Of a stretch of DNA of 64,000 bases, positions 33,817-42,413 are shown one piece after another. The notes under the pieces were generated by a model. The model had not been told where the DNA came from, searched no databases, and saw nothing but the letters and a program-made list of their open reading frames with translations. Origin of the DNA: a virus; IMG/VR virus record IMGVR_UViG_3300030329_006012, positions 32,001 through 96,000 of that record; one strand, 5' to 3'. The stretch's first letter is position 1. The number at the start of each line of letters is the position of its first letter. The position numbers and the translations under genes were made by a program.

Positions 33817-36800
33817 ATGGCCATTAAAAAAGTAAAAGGAATAAAAGTATCCAAGTCCCTGTCGGACAAGTTTAAGTTTGACAAAGAGGGAGAATCTCAA
33901 ATAGGCTCCGGCGGCGAAGACGTGCATGTCATTGTCGGAGAGTCGGACATTGGTAATGATATGTCTCTAACCGGACAGGCCCATTTTGAAAAAAGAATAG
34001 CAGAAACACTCTTTGGAGTCCCGCAGCTCAACGGCGCCACACAAACCGCCGAATTACAAGATCTGATAGACAATGCTGCCGACCACGAGGGTTTTATTAT
34101 TTATTTAACGGCCCCATCGACGACTGCCCCTTTTACCCAGGGAGAGAAGTTTTATTTTTGCGAAAATGGTGTTTGGCACCAAAGCCCGTTCACTTCTAGT
34201 GATTCTGATGAGCCAGATCCCGACGACACCGACGGCGACGGAATAGATGATGTTGAAGATCCGCAGGTTACAGAAACGGTATCCACCACAGGAGCCACTG
34301 TTCAGGCCAGCGCCGCCGCACTGGAAATCCCCCCAAATGCATTGCCCGCCGCAGTGGACATATCAGTTGAAGTTGTTGATCCGGCCACAGTCTCAGACGC
34401 CGTTCTTGATGAGAAAACATTAACATCAGACGTGATCACCTTAACTCCTCACGGACAACAGTTCGCTGAACCAGTGAAGGTCACGATTAATGTTTCTAAA
34501 TTCATATGGAACCCAGACATTTATATACAAAGCTCGCCCGGTGCCACTTGGGAGCTTCACGAAACCCCAGTAGATGTGGACGGGAACAAGGTTTCTTTTG
34601 AGGTAACTTCATTCAGCTCTTATGCTGTTGTGGAGCCACCCCCCTCTCAGTACATTGTACTTGTTTACGAGGGCGACGGGAACTATTCTTTCAGGGCCAA
34701 TTTCGGCGAGGCCATCGGCGGCTTTCAATTCACGTTCGACGCCGGCTCTGCAGGAACCATTACACCTACCGCCGGCGCCCAAGTCGCCGAAGCAGGATGG
34801 TACTTTACCGCAAGCCCATCCTCAAAGACGGTATTGGCGTTCCCGTTTGACGGCAGGGAAATCGGGGCTGGTGAAGTCGAGCTCATTAGGTTCCATGCCT
34901 CGTCTAATTACTTGCCAACACCTCACTCCAATCTTCTTGAACCAATAGTACTCTCAAGGATCGACGGCACTCGAATTGATATGTCCGGTTTTGATTTTGA
35001 CGTTACACAATTGGACAATGCAGGTAGTTTCTCCGGAGTGGGAGATGCTGACGGCGACGGCGCGAATGATAATGTTGACGCATTCCCGAATGATCCATCT
35101 GAAACCCAAGACACCGACGGCGACGGAGTAGGCGATAATGCAGACGACCTCCCCAATGATCCCAGTGAGACTGTAGATAGCGATGGCGATGGTGTTGGAG
35201 ACAATTCAGATTGGAAACCAAACGATCCCGCTGAATCTGCTGACACCGACGGTGACGGAGTTGGTGACAATGCCGACGCCTTCCCAAATGATGCATCTGA
35301 AACAGTAGATTCCGACAATGACGGAGTTGGAGACAATTCAGATTGGAAACCAAACGATCCCGCTGAATCTGCTGATAGTGATGGTGACGGAGTTGGAGAC
35401 AACGCCGACGCTTTCCCGAATGATGCTTTGGAGACTGTTGACACCGATGGCGATGGCACAGGCGACAATGCCGATGTCTTCCCCAACGATGCCACCGAAG
35501 ACACCGACACCGATGGCGATGGAGTTGGCGATAATCTCGACTACGCTCCAAGCGATCCGGCAATCACAATACCCCCACAGCCCCCAGCCGGCTCAACGTT
35601 CGTTCTTAGAGTCTACACAGATGATGAAGTCCACGTTCCGGGCTCCACATCCTGGGATCGGTGGGGAGGACAACTTGTTGTTGACGGAACTGATTACAGC
35701 GACCTTCTTTCTACAGAAAGTGAGGAAACCATAACACTACCATATGATGCTAATCAGGTTGGGTATAGCACTGTTGATATCAATGACATAGGCGGCGACG
35801 GGGGGATAAAAGTAGAATTTCTTCACCCCGTATATGGCTGGCAATTCCCCGTTTACAGCATGGGCTCCATGAACCAGTCCGGCTGGCCAAATGGTGCTCC
35901 CGCCGGGGCACAAAACTTTTCTGATCCAGCACACTGGGAGGGCCCCCTGCCTGTCACGTTTCAATACTTAAGCACAGACGCAACGGACTTCGTGGTCAGG
36001 GATCAGCAGAATAACGTAATGGTCTCTACCGATGATCTCGGATCTGTTCCGGCCCCCCCGATGGTATTCTTTGATAATGCCGATCTAGTTGTAAACGAGA
36101 CTCACCCCCATAACTCCAATCAGGAGGCGTATGCCGGCTGGCGCCTGATGACAGCACTGGCAGGCGATGTTTTGTCCATTGATACATCAAAGTTCACTAT
36201 TGAAGATCTAGATGATCTTCCCGCTAACACTACTGTTAAATTCTACTGGCGGATGAGAGAGGACAACGAGTCAGGAGGCAAAGATGATAAATACATTACA
36301 CCCGATGGCGACACTTCGTGGGGTCGGAATTCCGGTACCGCTACGAACACCATTACAATTCCCCAAGAATTTGCAGCGGCGAGTTGGTATGAGAAGCCGG
36401 CGAGCTCCTTTATTTATCTGGAGATGGATTTGGAAGACGCGGATGGAAATATAAAACAGATCAAAAACAACTCCGTCGGTGACACTGTGATCTACGCTTT
36501 AAATGAGAACGAAGTTGAAATGTGGAGCCGCTTAAATGACGGCCTTACAGTAGATACTCCTGTTGATTCAAGCCACATATCCCTCAGTCGTGAAAAGAAG
36601 TATGATAGCGAAGGTAGACTGTTTGTTGTGGAAGGAGACACTGTAACATTCACTCCACCAGAGCCAGTTGCCACAGTCAAGGATCCTTACGGAAACGATA
36701 TTTCAGGGCCCTTTGAAGCACAGTGGAGATCACGCGCCATCGTCGACAATGAATATGTTTATCATCTTTCTTCTGCACCTTGGATTGCCAATTTTTATTC

Positions 36801-37755
36801 CGCCTCTGACAAGCCGTCGTTCTCCATACCGGAGCTCCCAAGCCCTTCTTCTTGGTATGAGTTCTTCTATATTCAACAAAAATGGTCGAATGGAGATCAT
36901 CTTTTCCCCACCTATGGCGCCGCGTACTCACAAATACTGCGGCAGACAAAGAATGAAATGGACTATATGTGGCTCACCGAGCCGTTAGCAAGCTTCGATG
37001 CCCTGTGGGAAACAACAGAACCATCTTGGTTCGACGATGAAGATAGCCTTACCAACTCGGCCAGCATGCACCTGCGCCAACTTTATGATCTGTATTACGT
37101 CGCTGCAGCCAACAATGGCTCACTCGACGTCAGCCATTACGATGTGCACTTTGAACACCGCATCGGAGACTTGAATTCTCAAATTGCTGTAGTAGATAAA
37201 TACTTTCCTGATACCTCGACAAGTGAGCATCACGAGAAATATCAGGAACTCGTGGCATGGGCATCGACATATGAAAATCCCCTCACCCCCATGATGGAAG
37301 TTCTTCACGATGCATCAATTATAAAAGAGGAGCTCGTCGCCGACTACACCATCCACGCCCTCAGAGACTACGGAATGTATTTCCCAGAAAACATCTATGG
37401 TCTGTGGCAACACGCTTTAGACGCTGAACCGAGCGATCAAGGCACTTGGCGCTGGTGGGCCCACAACGATGACGGCACAGACCCCACAAGGTTGAATGTT
37501 GATTTTTCTTCTGTGCTGTCTGAATATCCGAACCCTGCAGACTGGGCAACAGCACAACTTAACGCACTCAGCGAGATGAGAGAAGACATATCGAACGAGT
37601 TTGGTGGTTATGATGAGGCTGCCTTCGAGTCGGCAGATTATGGAGACTACTACTGCTACTCCGGGTGGAGTAACTATGAGCAAAAAAAACCTATCTCTTA
37701 CAATTCAGTCATTGATTTTCTCACTGAAGTGAGTGAGCTAACACCACCTGAGTAA
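33817..37755 (+). CDS. Multidomain adhesin-like virion protein (1,312 aa): YFCE module, ZU5-like, cohesin-like, thrombospondin type-3 repeats
   Basis: YFCENGVWHQSPF; LEIPPNAL...ITLTPHGQQFAEPVKVTI (ZU5-like); EAIGGFQFTF (cohesin-like); repeated DGDGVGDNADAFPND. Confidence 0.75.
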   Translation: MAIKKVKGIKVSKSLSDKFKFDKEGESQIGSGGEDVHVIVGESDIGNDMSLTGQAHFEKRIAETLFGVPQLNGATQTAELQDLIDNAADHEGFIIYLTAPSTTAPFTQGEKFYFCENGVWHQSPFTSSDSDEPDPDDTDGDGIDDVEDPQVTETVSTTGATVQASAAALEIPPNALPAAVDISVEVVDPATVSDAVLDEKTLTSDVITLTPHGQQFAEPVKVTINVSKFIWNPDIYIQSSPGATWELHETPVDVDGNKVSFEVTSFSSYAVVEPPPSQYIVLVYEGDGNYSFRANFGEAIGGFQFTFDAGSAGTITPTAGAQVAEAGWYFTASPSSKTVLAFPFDGREIGAGEVELIRFHASSNYLPTPHSNLLEPIVLSRIDGTRIDMSGFDFDVTQLDNAGSFSGVGDADGDGANDNVDAFPNDPSETQDTDGDGVGDNADDLPNDPSETVDSDGDGVGDNSDWKPNDPAESADTDGDGVGDNADAFPNDASETVDSDNDGVGDNSDWKPNDPAESADSDGDGVGDNADAFPNDALETVDTDGDGTGDNADVFPNDATEDTDTDGDGVGDNLDYAPSDPAITIPPQPPAGSTFVLRVYTDDEVHVPGSTSWDRWGGQLVVDGTDYSDLLSTESEETITLPYDANQVGYSTVDINDIGGDGGIKVEFLHPVYGWQFPVYSMGSMNQSGWPNGAPAGAQNFSDPAHWEGPLPVTFQYLSTDATDFVVRDQQNNVMVSTDDLGSVPAPPMVFFDNADLVVNETHPHNSNQEAYAGWRLMTALAGDVLSIDTSKFTIEDLDDLPANTTVKFYWRMREDNESGGKDDKYITPDGDTSWGRNSGTATNTITIPQEFAAASWYEKPASSFIYLEMDLEDADGNIKQIKNNSVGDTVIYALNENEVEMWSRLNDGLTVDTPVDSSHISLSREKKYDSEGRLFVVEGDTVTFTPPEPVATVKDPYGNDISGPFEAQWRSRAIVDNEYVYHLSSAPWIANFYSASDKPSFSIPELPSPSSWYEFFYIQQKWSNGDHLFPTYGAAYSQILRQTKNEMDYMWLTEPLASFDALWETTEPSWFDDEDSLTNSASMHLRQLYDLYYVAAANNGSLDVSHYDVHFEHRIGDLNSQIAVVDKYFPDTSTSEHHEKYQELVAWASTYENPLTPMMEVLHDASIIKEELVADYTIHALRDYGMYFPENIYGLWQHALDAEPSDQGTWRWWAHNDDGTDPTRLNVDFSSVLSEYPNPADWATAQLNALSEMREDISNEFGGYDEAAFESADYGDYYCYSGWSNYEQKKPISYNSVIDFLTEVSELTPPE
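35041..35570 (+). repeat. Thrombospondin type-3-like Ca-binding repeats (about 8 x 22 aa)
   Basis: D(T/S)DGDGVGDN(A/S)D(AF/WK)PND(P/A)xE repeated; includes an exact 50-nt duplication at 35194-35243 / 35326-35375. Confidence 0.9.
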
Positions 37756-37767
37756 AGGTTTGCCTAC

Positions 37768-37787
37768 GGCGCCCCTTGAGGGGCGCC
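37768..37787 (+). terminator. GC-rich hairpin GGCGCCCC-TTGA-GGGGCGCC after the 1,312-aa gene
   Basis: Perfect 8-bp stem 12 nt after the stop, but no U tract, so possibly a stabilising or Rho-type element. Confidence 0.4.
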
Positions 37788-37914
37788 AACAATCCGCCTA
37801 AGCGCCAAAATGCGGCCGCCTTTGCTAATTCTTTTGAGATCTAATTTATTATCGCCCCTTAAAAATCGGGAACAAAACAAATAAAATTAGATCAGATTTA
37901 CCCAACATTTACAG

Positions 37915-37921
37915 CTACTTA
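37915..37921 (+). promoter_or_regulatory. Candidate late-promoter motif CTACTTA
   Basis: Intergenic, upstream of two hairpins and the GGAGG-led ATG at 38029. Confidence 0.4.
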
Positions 37922-38028
37922 CTGGCACGAGAGTGTGCCATTTTTTATAATGCATACTCTCTACTTGTACTCCGTAGGCGGAGTGCAGGTGTTAACTTAA
38001 AATTTAATTCCTTGGAGGGAAAAATATT

Positions 38029-40479
38029 ATGCCAGATAATAATAATAAAGTGAAGGGTTTGGCCGTTTTTAGCGGCACAAGCACCGTACACAAATTTACA
38101 GAAGACGGCAAAGCTAACCTTAATGATCTACTTGTTGTAGGTGAAGGTGAAACTAAGGACGTCGTTGAACTTAAAGGTCGTGTCTTTTTGAACGATCTTG
38201 ATAAAGATAAGCCACTGCACGAAGCCATTAACAAGATGGTCAGTGACGAGCAGAAAACACGTGGCGAAGAAGTTGCGAGATTAGACGCAGAAGATTCTCT
38301 GATCAAAGCCGAACTCGCAGGTGAAGCTAAAGCAATCCGACAAGAGCTCGCAGGTGAAGCTAAAGCAATCCGTGGAGAACTCGAAGGTGAAGCTAACGCA
38401 ATCCGTGGAGAACTCGCAGGTGAAGCTAAAGCAATCCGTGGAGAACTCGCAGGTGAAGCTAAAGCAATCCGCGAAGAACTGAAAGACGCTCGCGGCGAAC
38501 TCGGTGGCGAAGTTGCCGATGTTAGACGTGATCTCGTTGGCGAAATGGACTCAATGAAAAACGATATCGGTGGGGACATTGATCACGTCAAAGGTGAGTT
38601 GGAAACAAAGATCGACAATACCAAAAGTTCGTTGCAAACTAAAATTGATGAAAACAAAGATGCAGCCGCAAACGCTCGCTCTTTGTTGGCTCAAGACATT
38701 GCTGATAACACCGCCGCAATTGATTTTGTTAAAGATAATGCAAATCCAGACGCTATCGATTCCTTAACTGAAATCATTAAAGCGTATTCAGATGCTGACG
38801 GTGAATTGACCAATGCATTTGTTGCTTTGCTCGGTGAAGAGAAGAAAGCACGTGGCGAAGATTACATACGCCTGAAAGACAACCTTGCCAAAGAAGCCAG
38901 CATGCGCCAAGCCGACGTTCAGTACTTGGTGGGTGAAGATAACTTCTTTTTCCAAATGGGCATGGATGCTCTCAGCCAGGTTGATAAAAAGGTCGATGCC
39001 AACAACCAAATCATTGGCCAAAATGCCGTGAGTATCATCCAACAAAGCCAAAACTTTGATGGTTACGTGGTGGTTAACGACGCCAAGGTTGATGCGAATG
39101 CGACCGACATAGCCAGCCTCCAGCAATTCGCTGGTGCCGCAGTCGCGGATATCAATAATCAACAAGTGATTCAAGATAACGCCATCGCCGCTAACACCAC
39201 GTCGATTGGTCAAAATGCTCAAGATATTGCAAACAACACCGACAAAATCACTCTTGATGTTCAAACATTGGAAAATACCATCAACACCTCTTTTGGTGAA
39301 TTCAAAGATGAGATGAGTGCTGAACATGGTAAAATTCGCGATGATGTGAATGCTGAATTCGTCCGAGCGAGAGGTGAAGAAGACGCCATTCGCGCCGAAC
39401 TCGCAGGTGAAGCTAAAGCAATCCGTGGAGAACTCGCAGGTGAAGCTAACGCAATCCGCGATGAACTCAAAGGTGAAGCTAGTGCAATCCGCGAAGAACT
39501 CGCAGGTGAAGCTGATGCAATCCGTGGAGAGCTCGCAGGTGAATCTGCTTTTCTCCTTATGAGGCTCGAAGGTGAAGTAATGTCAGTCCGCGATGAACTC
39601 GCAGGTGAAACAGCATTGATTCACAGTCGCATGGGAGATCATCAGGCAACTGGTCATCCGACCCTCGCTGATGCTATCGTTGCTAATAAGAGCGCAATTG
39701 ATTTTGTTAAAGATAATGCAGATAAAGACGCTATCGATTCCTTAACTGAAATCATCAAGGCGTATTCGGATGCTGACGGTGAATTGAACAATGCATTTGT
39801 TGCTTTGCTCGGTGAAGAGACGAAAGCACGTGAAAAGGATGTCAAAAACCTGAAATCTGCACTCGAAGGTGAAACTAGAGCAATCCGCGAACAACTCGCA
39901 GGTGAAGCTAAAGCAATCCGTGGAGAACTCGCAGGTGAAGCTAAAGCAATCCGTGGAGAACTCAAAGGTGAAATCAACAACCTACAGGGTGAATTAAGCA
40001 GTGATCTTGGCGAGTTCAAAACAAAGACTGGTGAAGATCTCACATCTTTGATGAACTATTCAGACGGCCGCGATAATACTATCACGGATCATGTTAACAA
40101 CCTTACAGAAAAGACCTTTGATGGAAACAACATGAGTCTTTCTGGTTTTGCTCAATTGAATTCGGTTGAAGCAGCTTCAGTAGCTGTTACTTCTGCTTTT
40201 AGAATTCCACACATCACCACTGTTCAACAGTTGACTGATATGCAGGATACCTACACAAAAGCAAACGGTATGATGTTCTATTTGGACATGGCTGATGATG
40301 CTGGTCGTACTGGCTTCGAAGAAGGGTATAAATTATACTTCTGCGAAGGCAACGAGTGGTATCCTTCCCCGTTCCACAGTGAACCACAAAGTGAAGACTC
40401 TGAACGAACTGGCTCTACTTGGGGAGAAATCCTCACTGCTGCCGGCGAAGAACTGGAGTCCTTTGACCCTTTAGCGTAG
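38029..40479 (+). CDS. Coiled-coil fibre protein (816 aa) with 11-residue ELAGEAKAIRG repeats and a C-terminal YFCE module
   Basis: N-terminal KVKGLAV...HKFTEDG; three hendecad repeat clusters; duplicated AIDSLTEII fibre motif; YFCEGNEWYPSPF. Confidence 0.8.
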   Translation: MPDNNNKVKGLAVFSGTSTVHKFTEDGKANLNDLLVVGEGETKDVVELKGRVFLNDLDKDKPLHEAINKMVSDEQKTRGEEVARLDAEDSLIKAELAGEAKAIRQELAGEAKAIRGELEGEANAIRGELAGEAKAIRGELAGEAKAIREELKDARGELGGEVADVRRDLVGEMDSMKNDIGGDIDHVKGELETKIDNTKSSLQTKIDENKDAAANARSLLAQDIADNTAAIDFVKDNANPDAIDSLTEIIKAYSDADGELTNAFVALLGEEKKARGEDYIRLKDNLAKEASMRQADVQYLVGEDNFFFQMGMDALSQVDKKVDANNQIIGQNAVSIIQQSQNFDGYVVVNDAKVDANATDIASLQQFAGAAVADINNQQVIQDNAIAANTTSIGQNAQDIANNTDKITLDVQTLENTINTSFGEFKDEMSAEHGKIRDDVNAEFVRARGEEDAIRAELAGEAKAIRGELAGEANAIRDELKGEASAIREELAGEADAIRGELAGESAFLLMRLEGEVMSVRDELAGETALIHSRMGDHQATGHPTLADAIVANKSAIDFVKDNADKDAIDSLTEIIKAYSDADGELNNAFVALLGEETKAREKDVKNLKSALEGETRAIREQLAGEAKAIRGELAGEAKAIRGELKGEINNLQGELSSDLGEFKTKTGEDLTSLMNYSDGRDNTITDHVNNLTEKTFDGNNMSLSGFAQLNSVEAASVAVTSAFRIPHITTVQQLTDMQDTYTKANGMMFYLDMADDAGRTGFEEGYKLYFCEGNEWYPSPFHSEPQSEDSERTGSTWGEILTAAGEELESFDPLA
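38311..38480 (+). repeat. 33-nt coding tandem repeats, cluster 1 (others at about 39397-39612 and 39862-39972)
   Basis: GAACTCGCAGGTGAAGCTAAAGCAATCCGTGGA iterated with few substitutions. Confidence 0.92.
38716..38854 (+). repeat. 139-nt near-identical dispersed repeat (second copy 39694-39832)
   Basis: The copies differ at about 8 positions and encode AIDFVKDNA..DAIDSLTEIIKAYSDADGEL.NAFVALLGEE.KAR. Confidence 0.9.
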
Positions 40480-40529
40480 AGGGATCTAGTGGAAGTAAGC
40501 CTGATTTTTCAGGCAACTTCCCTGATCCC
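40467..40529 (+). promoter_or_regulatory. Predicted -1 programmed ribosomal frameshift signal (C CCU UUA + 7-nt spacer + stem-loop)
   Basis: X XXY YYZ heptamer in the correct phase at 40467-40473. Nested stem GGGATC/GATCCC, GGAAGT/ACTTCC, GCCTGA/TCAGGC spans 40481-40529. The -1 frame opens exactly at the heptamer (TGA at 40464-40466). Confidence 0.82.
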
Positions 40530-42329
40530 GGAGTAAATCCATTTGCTGGATACTCTTGGTCTGCCAGTGTTAGGAGCATGGTTGAGCCCGACGGCTTTAT
40601 CTCTCCTTCTGCATGGGCTGCCCTTCCGGCTTCAAATGTTGAACCGTGGGACGCTATTAAGGACAATGCTGAATGGCTTGGCCTATGGAACACCTATGCA
40701 TCTGCCCAGATAGAGCATGCTCGCCAATATTGGGAGTGGCTCGCTCTTTGGGAGGGTGGCAAACCACCTTCTTCAGTAGAGGCACTGGCTGATGCTGCAA
40801 AAGATGCCCAAACCGCGCTGCAAAACGCCATCAATGATGGAGAAGTCGGCCGCGCTGTAGCTGGAGCATATTTAGCAGCAGGCGTCCAAGATAAGAGAGA
40901 TATAGACTCTTACTCTACTGATATGATGGATGAGGCGAAAAAATCATATGACGCGGAGCGAAAAGTCATGTTTGGTCAACTGAAAGACTTTGAAAGGCTT
41001 GTCGTGGATATGAGAAGAAAGTTCACTATTGGTGTCCGAGAAATGCTCATCGAAGCAGCTAAGTCTAGTTCCGGAGTAATTAATGATCATCCGGTCATTT
41101 CTTATACTGGAAGTTACACCATCAACGTGCTTCAGGGCGATGCCGCACCAGACCTTTTGGCTGGCGTGACTGCTACTGATGACCAAGACGGTGATTTGAC
41201 AGCTTCAATTGTCGTAGATGACGATGGCCTCGACATGAGTGAGGTTGGGTCATACACTATCGTTTATAGTGTTACAGATTCCAACGGCTCTGAGTCGTCC
41301 AATAATCGAATGGTTCAGGTTGAGCCAGATGTCAACTCTTTGTTGGCTTCTGATCTTCCGGTACCAACCCTTGACGGGTTTGATTCTGAAGGACGAGCTG
41401 TTATCTCAACAGGAGAAATAAGTCTCCCATTTAATCCTAATCATTTTTATTATGCGGATTCAAATGGAGATAGGTACTTCCTAGAGCTCAAGACCGGATG
41501 GTATCGCTTTGGCGACACTTCCAATGTTGTGTGGGGATCCAGTGTCCTTCTTAATGCAAATGCATCGCAATGGACAGAAGACGAGAATGGCAGATTTGTC
41601 AGTCCCGGCTGGACCTATGCGATGTCGTGTCAAGACGGTACTCCAGAGAACTACACGAATTCTTCGGCCTATGGCAAGAAAATATATGACGGTGACACCT
41701 ACTGGTACAAGTTAGATTGGAGGAAGTATAACCAGAACACATATCAATATACCGATGTGCACAATTCTGGTGATACACTTTCCGTCTCGCTTCCATCAAG
41801 GCCGGCTCCAACATTTCCTGCAATTGTGACAACGGATGTTTCATTTGTTCCTGACAACTTGCGAGACAATCCCCACAATGTAGCTGGAATTTTGGATTTT
41901 GAAATGCCTTGGAGGTTTACGCAAGATCCAAGTTCATACATGGACAGTGGCAACAGAGTAGTTCTGGATAATGGAGATACGCTATATGCTCAAGCCCACA
42001 CCAGAACCAAGGTTTTCCGCGATGGAGAGCAGATAGCGTGGTCTGGCTGGTCTCAGCGTTGGGGATCCGATTATACTTATGTCGATTTAGTCGATGACGG
42101 AAACGGATTGTATCAGATCACCAATGGTGGTACAGACACAAGAACACTTAACTTCTGGAATCACAGCACTCAAGAACTATCTTACGAAATGCAGTGGGGC
42201 GATACAGTACGCTTGACTCATGGTATGGTTCTTTATTTGTACGATGCCGATGGCAACTATGTTGCGTCGCTGGACAACTTTGGTGTAACACCAATGGTTA
42301 GCGAATTTGTTCTAGAAGAAGACGAATAA
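40467..42329 (+). CDS. -1-frame extension of the 816-aa fibre containing an Ig-like (DUF5011/HYR-like) domain; fused product about 1,433 aa
   Basis: The frame is open 111 nt upstream of the ORF-track ATG 40578, whose AGGAG is only 1 nt away. Ig-like segment HPVISYTG...GVTATDDQDGDLT..IVV......SEVGSYTIVYSVTDSNG...RMVQV at about 41085-41325. Confidence 0.78.
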   Translation, partial: PFSVEGSSGSKPDFSGNFPDPGVNPFAGYSWSASVRSMVEPDGFISPSAWAALPASNVEPWDAIKDNAEWLGLWNTYASAQIEHARQYWEWLALWEGGKPPSSVEALADAAKDAQTALQNAINDGEVGRAVAGAYLAAGVQDKRDIDSYSTDMMDEAKKSYDAERKVMFGQLKDFERLVVDMRRKFTIGVREMLIEAAKSSSGVINDHPVISYTGSYTINVLQGDAAPDLLAGVTATDDQDGDLTASIVVDDDGLDMSEVGSYTIVYSVTDSNGSESSNNRMVQVEPDVNSLLASDLPVPTLDGFDSEGRAVISTGEISLPFNPNHFYYADSNGDRYFLELKTGWYRFGDTSNVVWGSSVLLNANASQWTEDENGRFVSPGWTYAMSCQDGTPENYTNSSAYGKKIYDGDTYWYKLDWRKYNQNTYQYTDVHNSGDTLSVSLPSRPAPTFPAIVTTDVSFVPDNLRDNPHNVAGILDFEMPWRFTQDPSSYMDSGNRVVLDNGDTLYAQAHTRTKVFRDGEQIAWSGWSQRWGSDYTYVDLVDDGNGLYQITNGGTDTRTLNFWNHSTQELSYEMQWGDTVRLTHGMVLYLYDADGNYVASLDNFGVTPMVSEFVLEEDE

Positions 42330-42383
42330 TAATTTTACAAATGGGGCCCTCTCTGCGGAGAGCGAACCATAATAATAATTTCC

Positions 42384-42413
42384 AAAGCACCCCCCTTGCG
42401 GGGGTGCTTTTTT
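42384..42413 (+). terminator. Intrinsic terminator
   Basis: AAAGCACCCCC-CTTGC-GGGGGTGCTTT followed by TTT. Confidence 0.88.

Noticed and set aside
33817-37755. Archaeal or eukaryotic virus origin suggested by TSP3/ZU5/YWTD domains
   Set aside because: bS21 is bacterial, and the T4-like head/tail genes and sigma70-like boxes indicate a bacteriophage.
38716-39832. 139-nt repeat pair as DGR template/variable repeats
   Set aside because: Mismatches are not confined to adenines of one copy (they include T/C, with A in either copy), both copies lie mid-gene, and no reverse transcriptase is in the window.
38311-39972. 33-nt direct repeats as a CRISPR array
   Set aside because: The units are head-to-tail with no unique spacers, stay in frame and encode an 11-aa coiled-coil repeat; no cas genes are present.
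40578-42329. Independent gene starting at ATG 40578
   Set aside because: The SD-like AGGAG is only 1 nt from the ATG, and the frame opens exactly at a slippery heptamer 111 nt upstream. It is not fully excluded, but the frameshift explanation is preferred.
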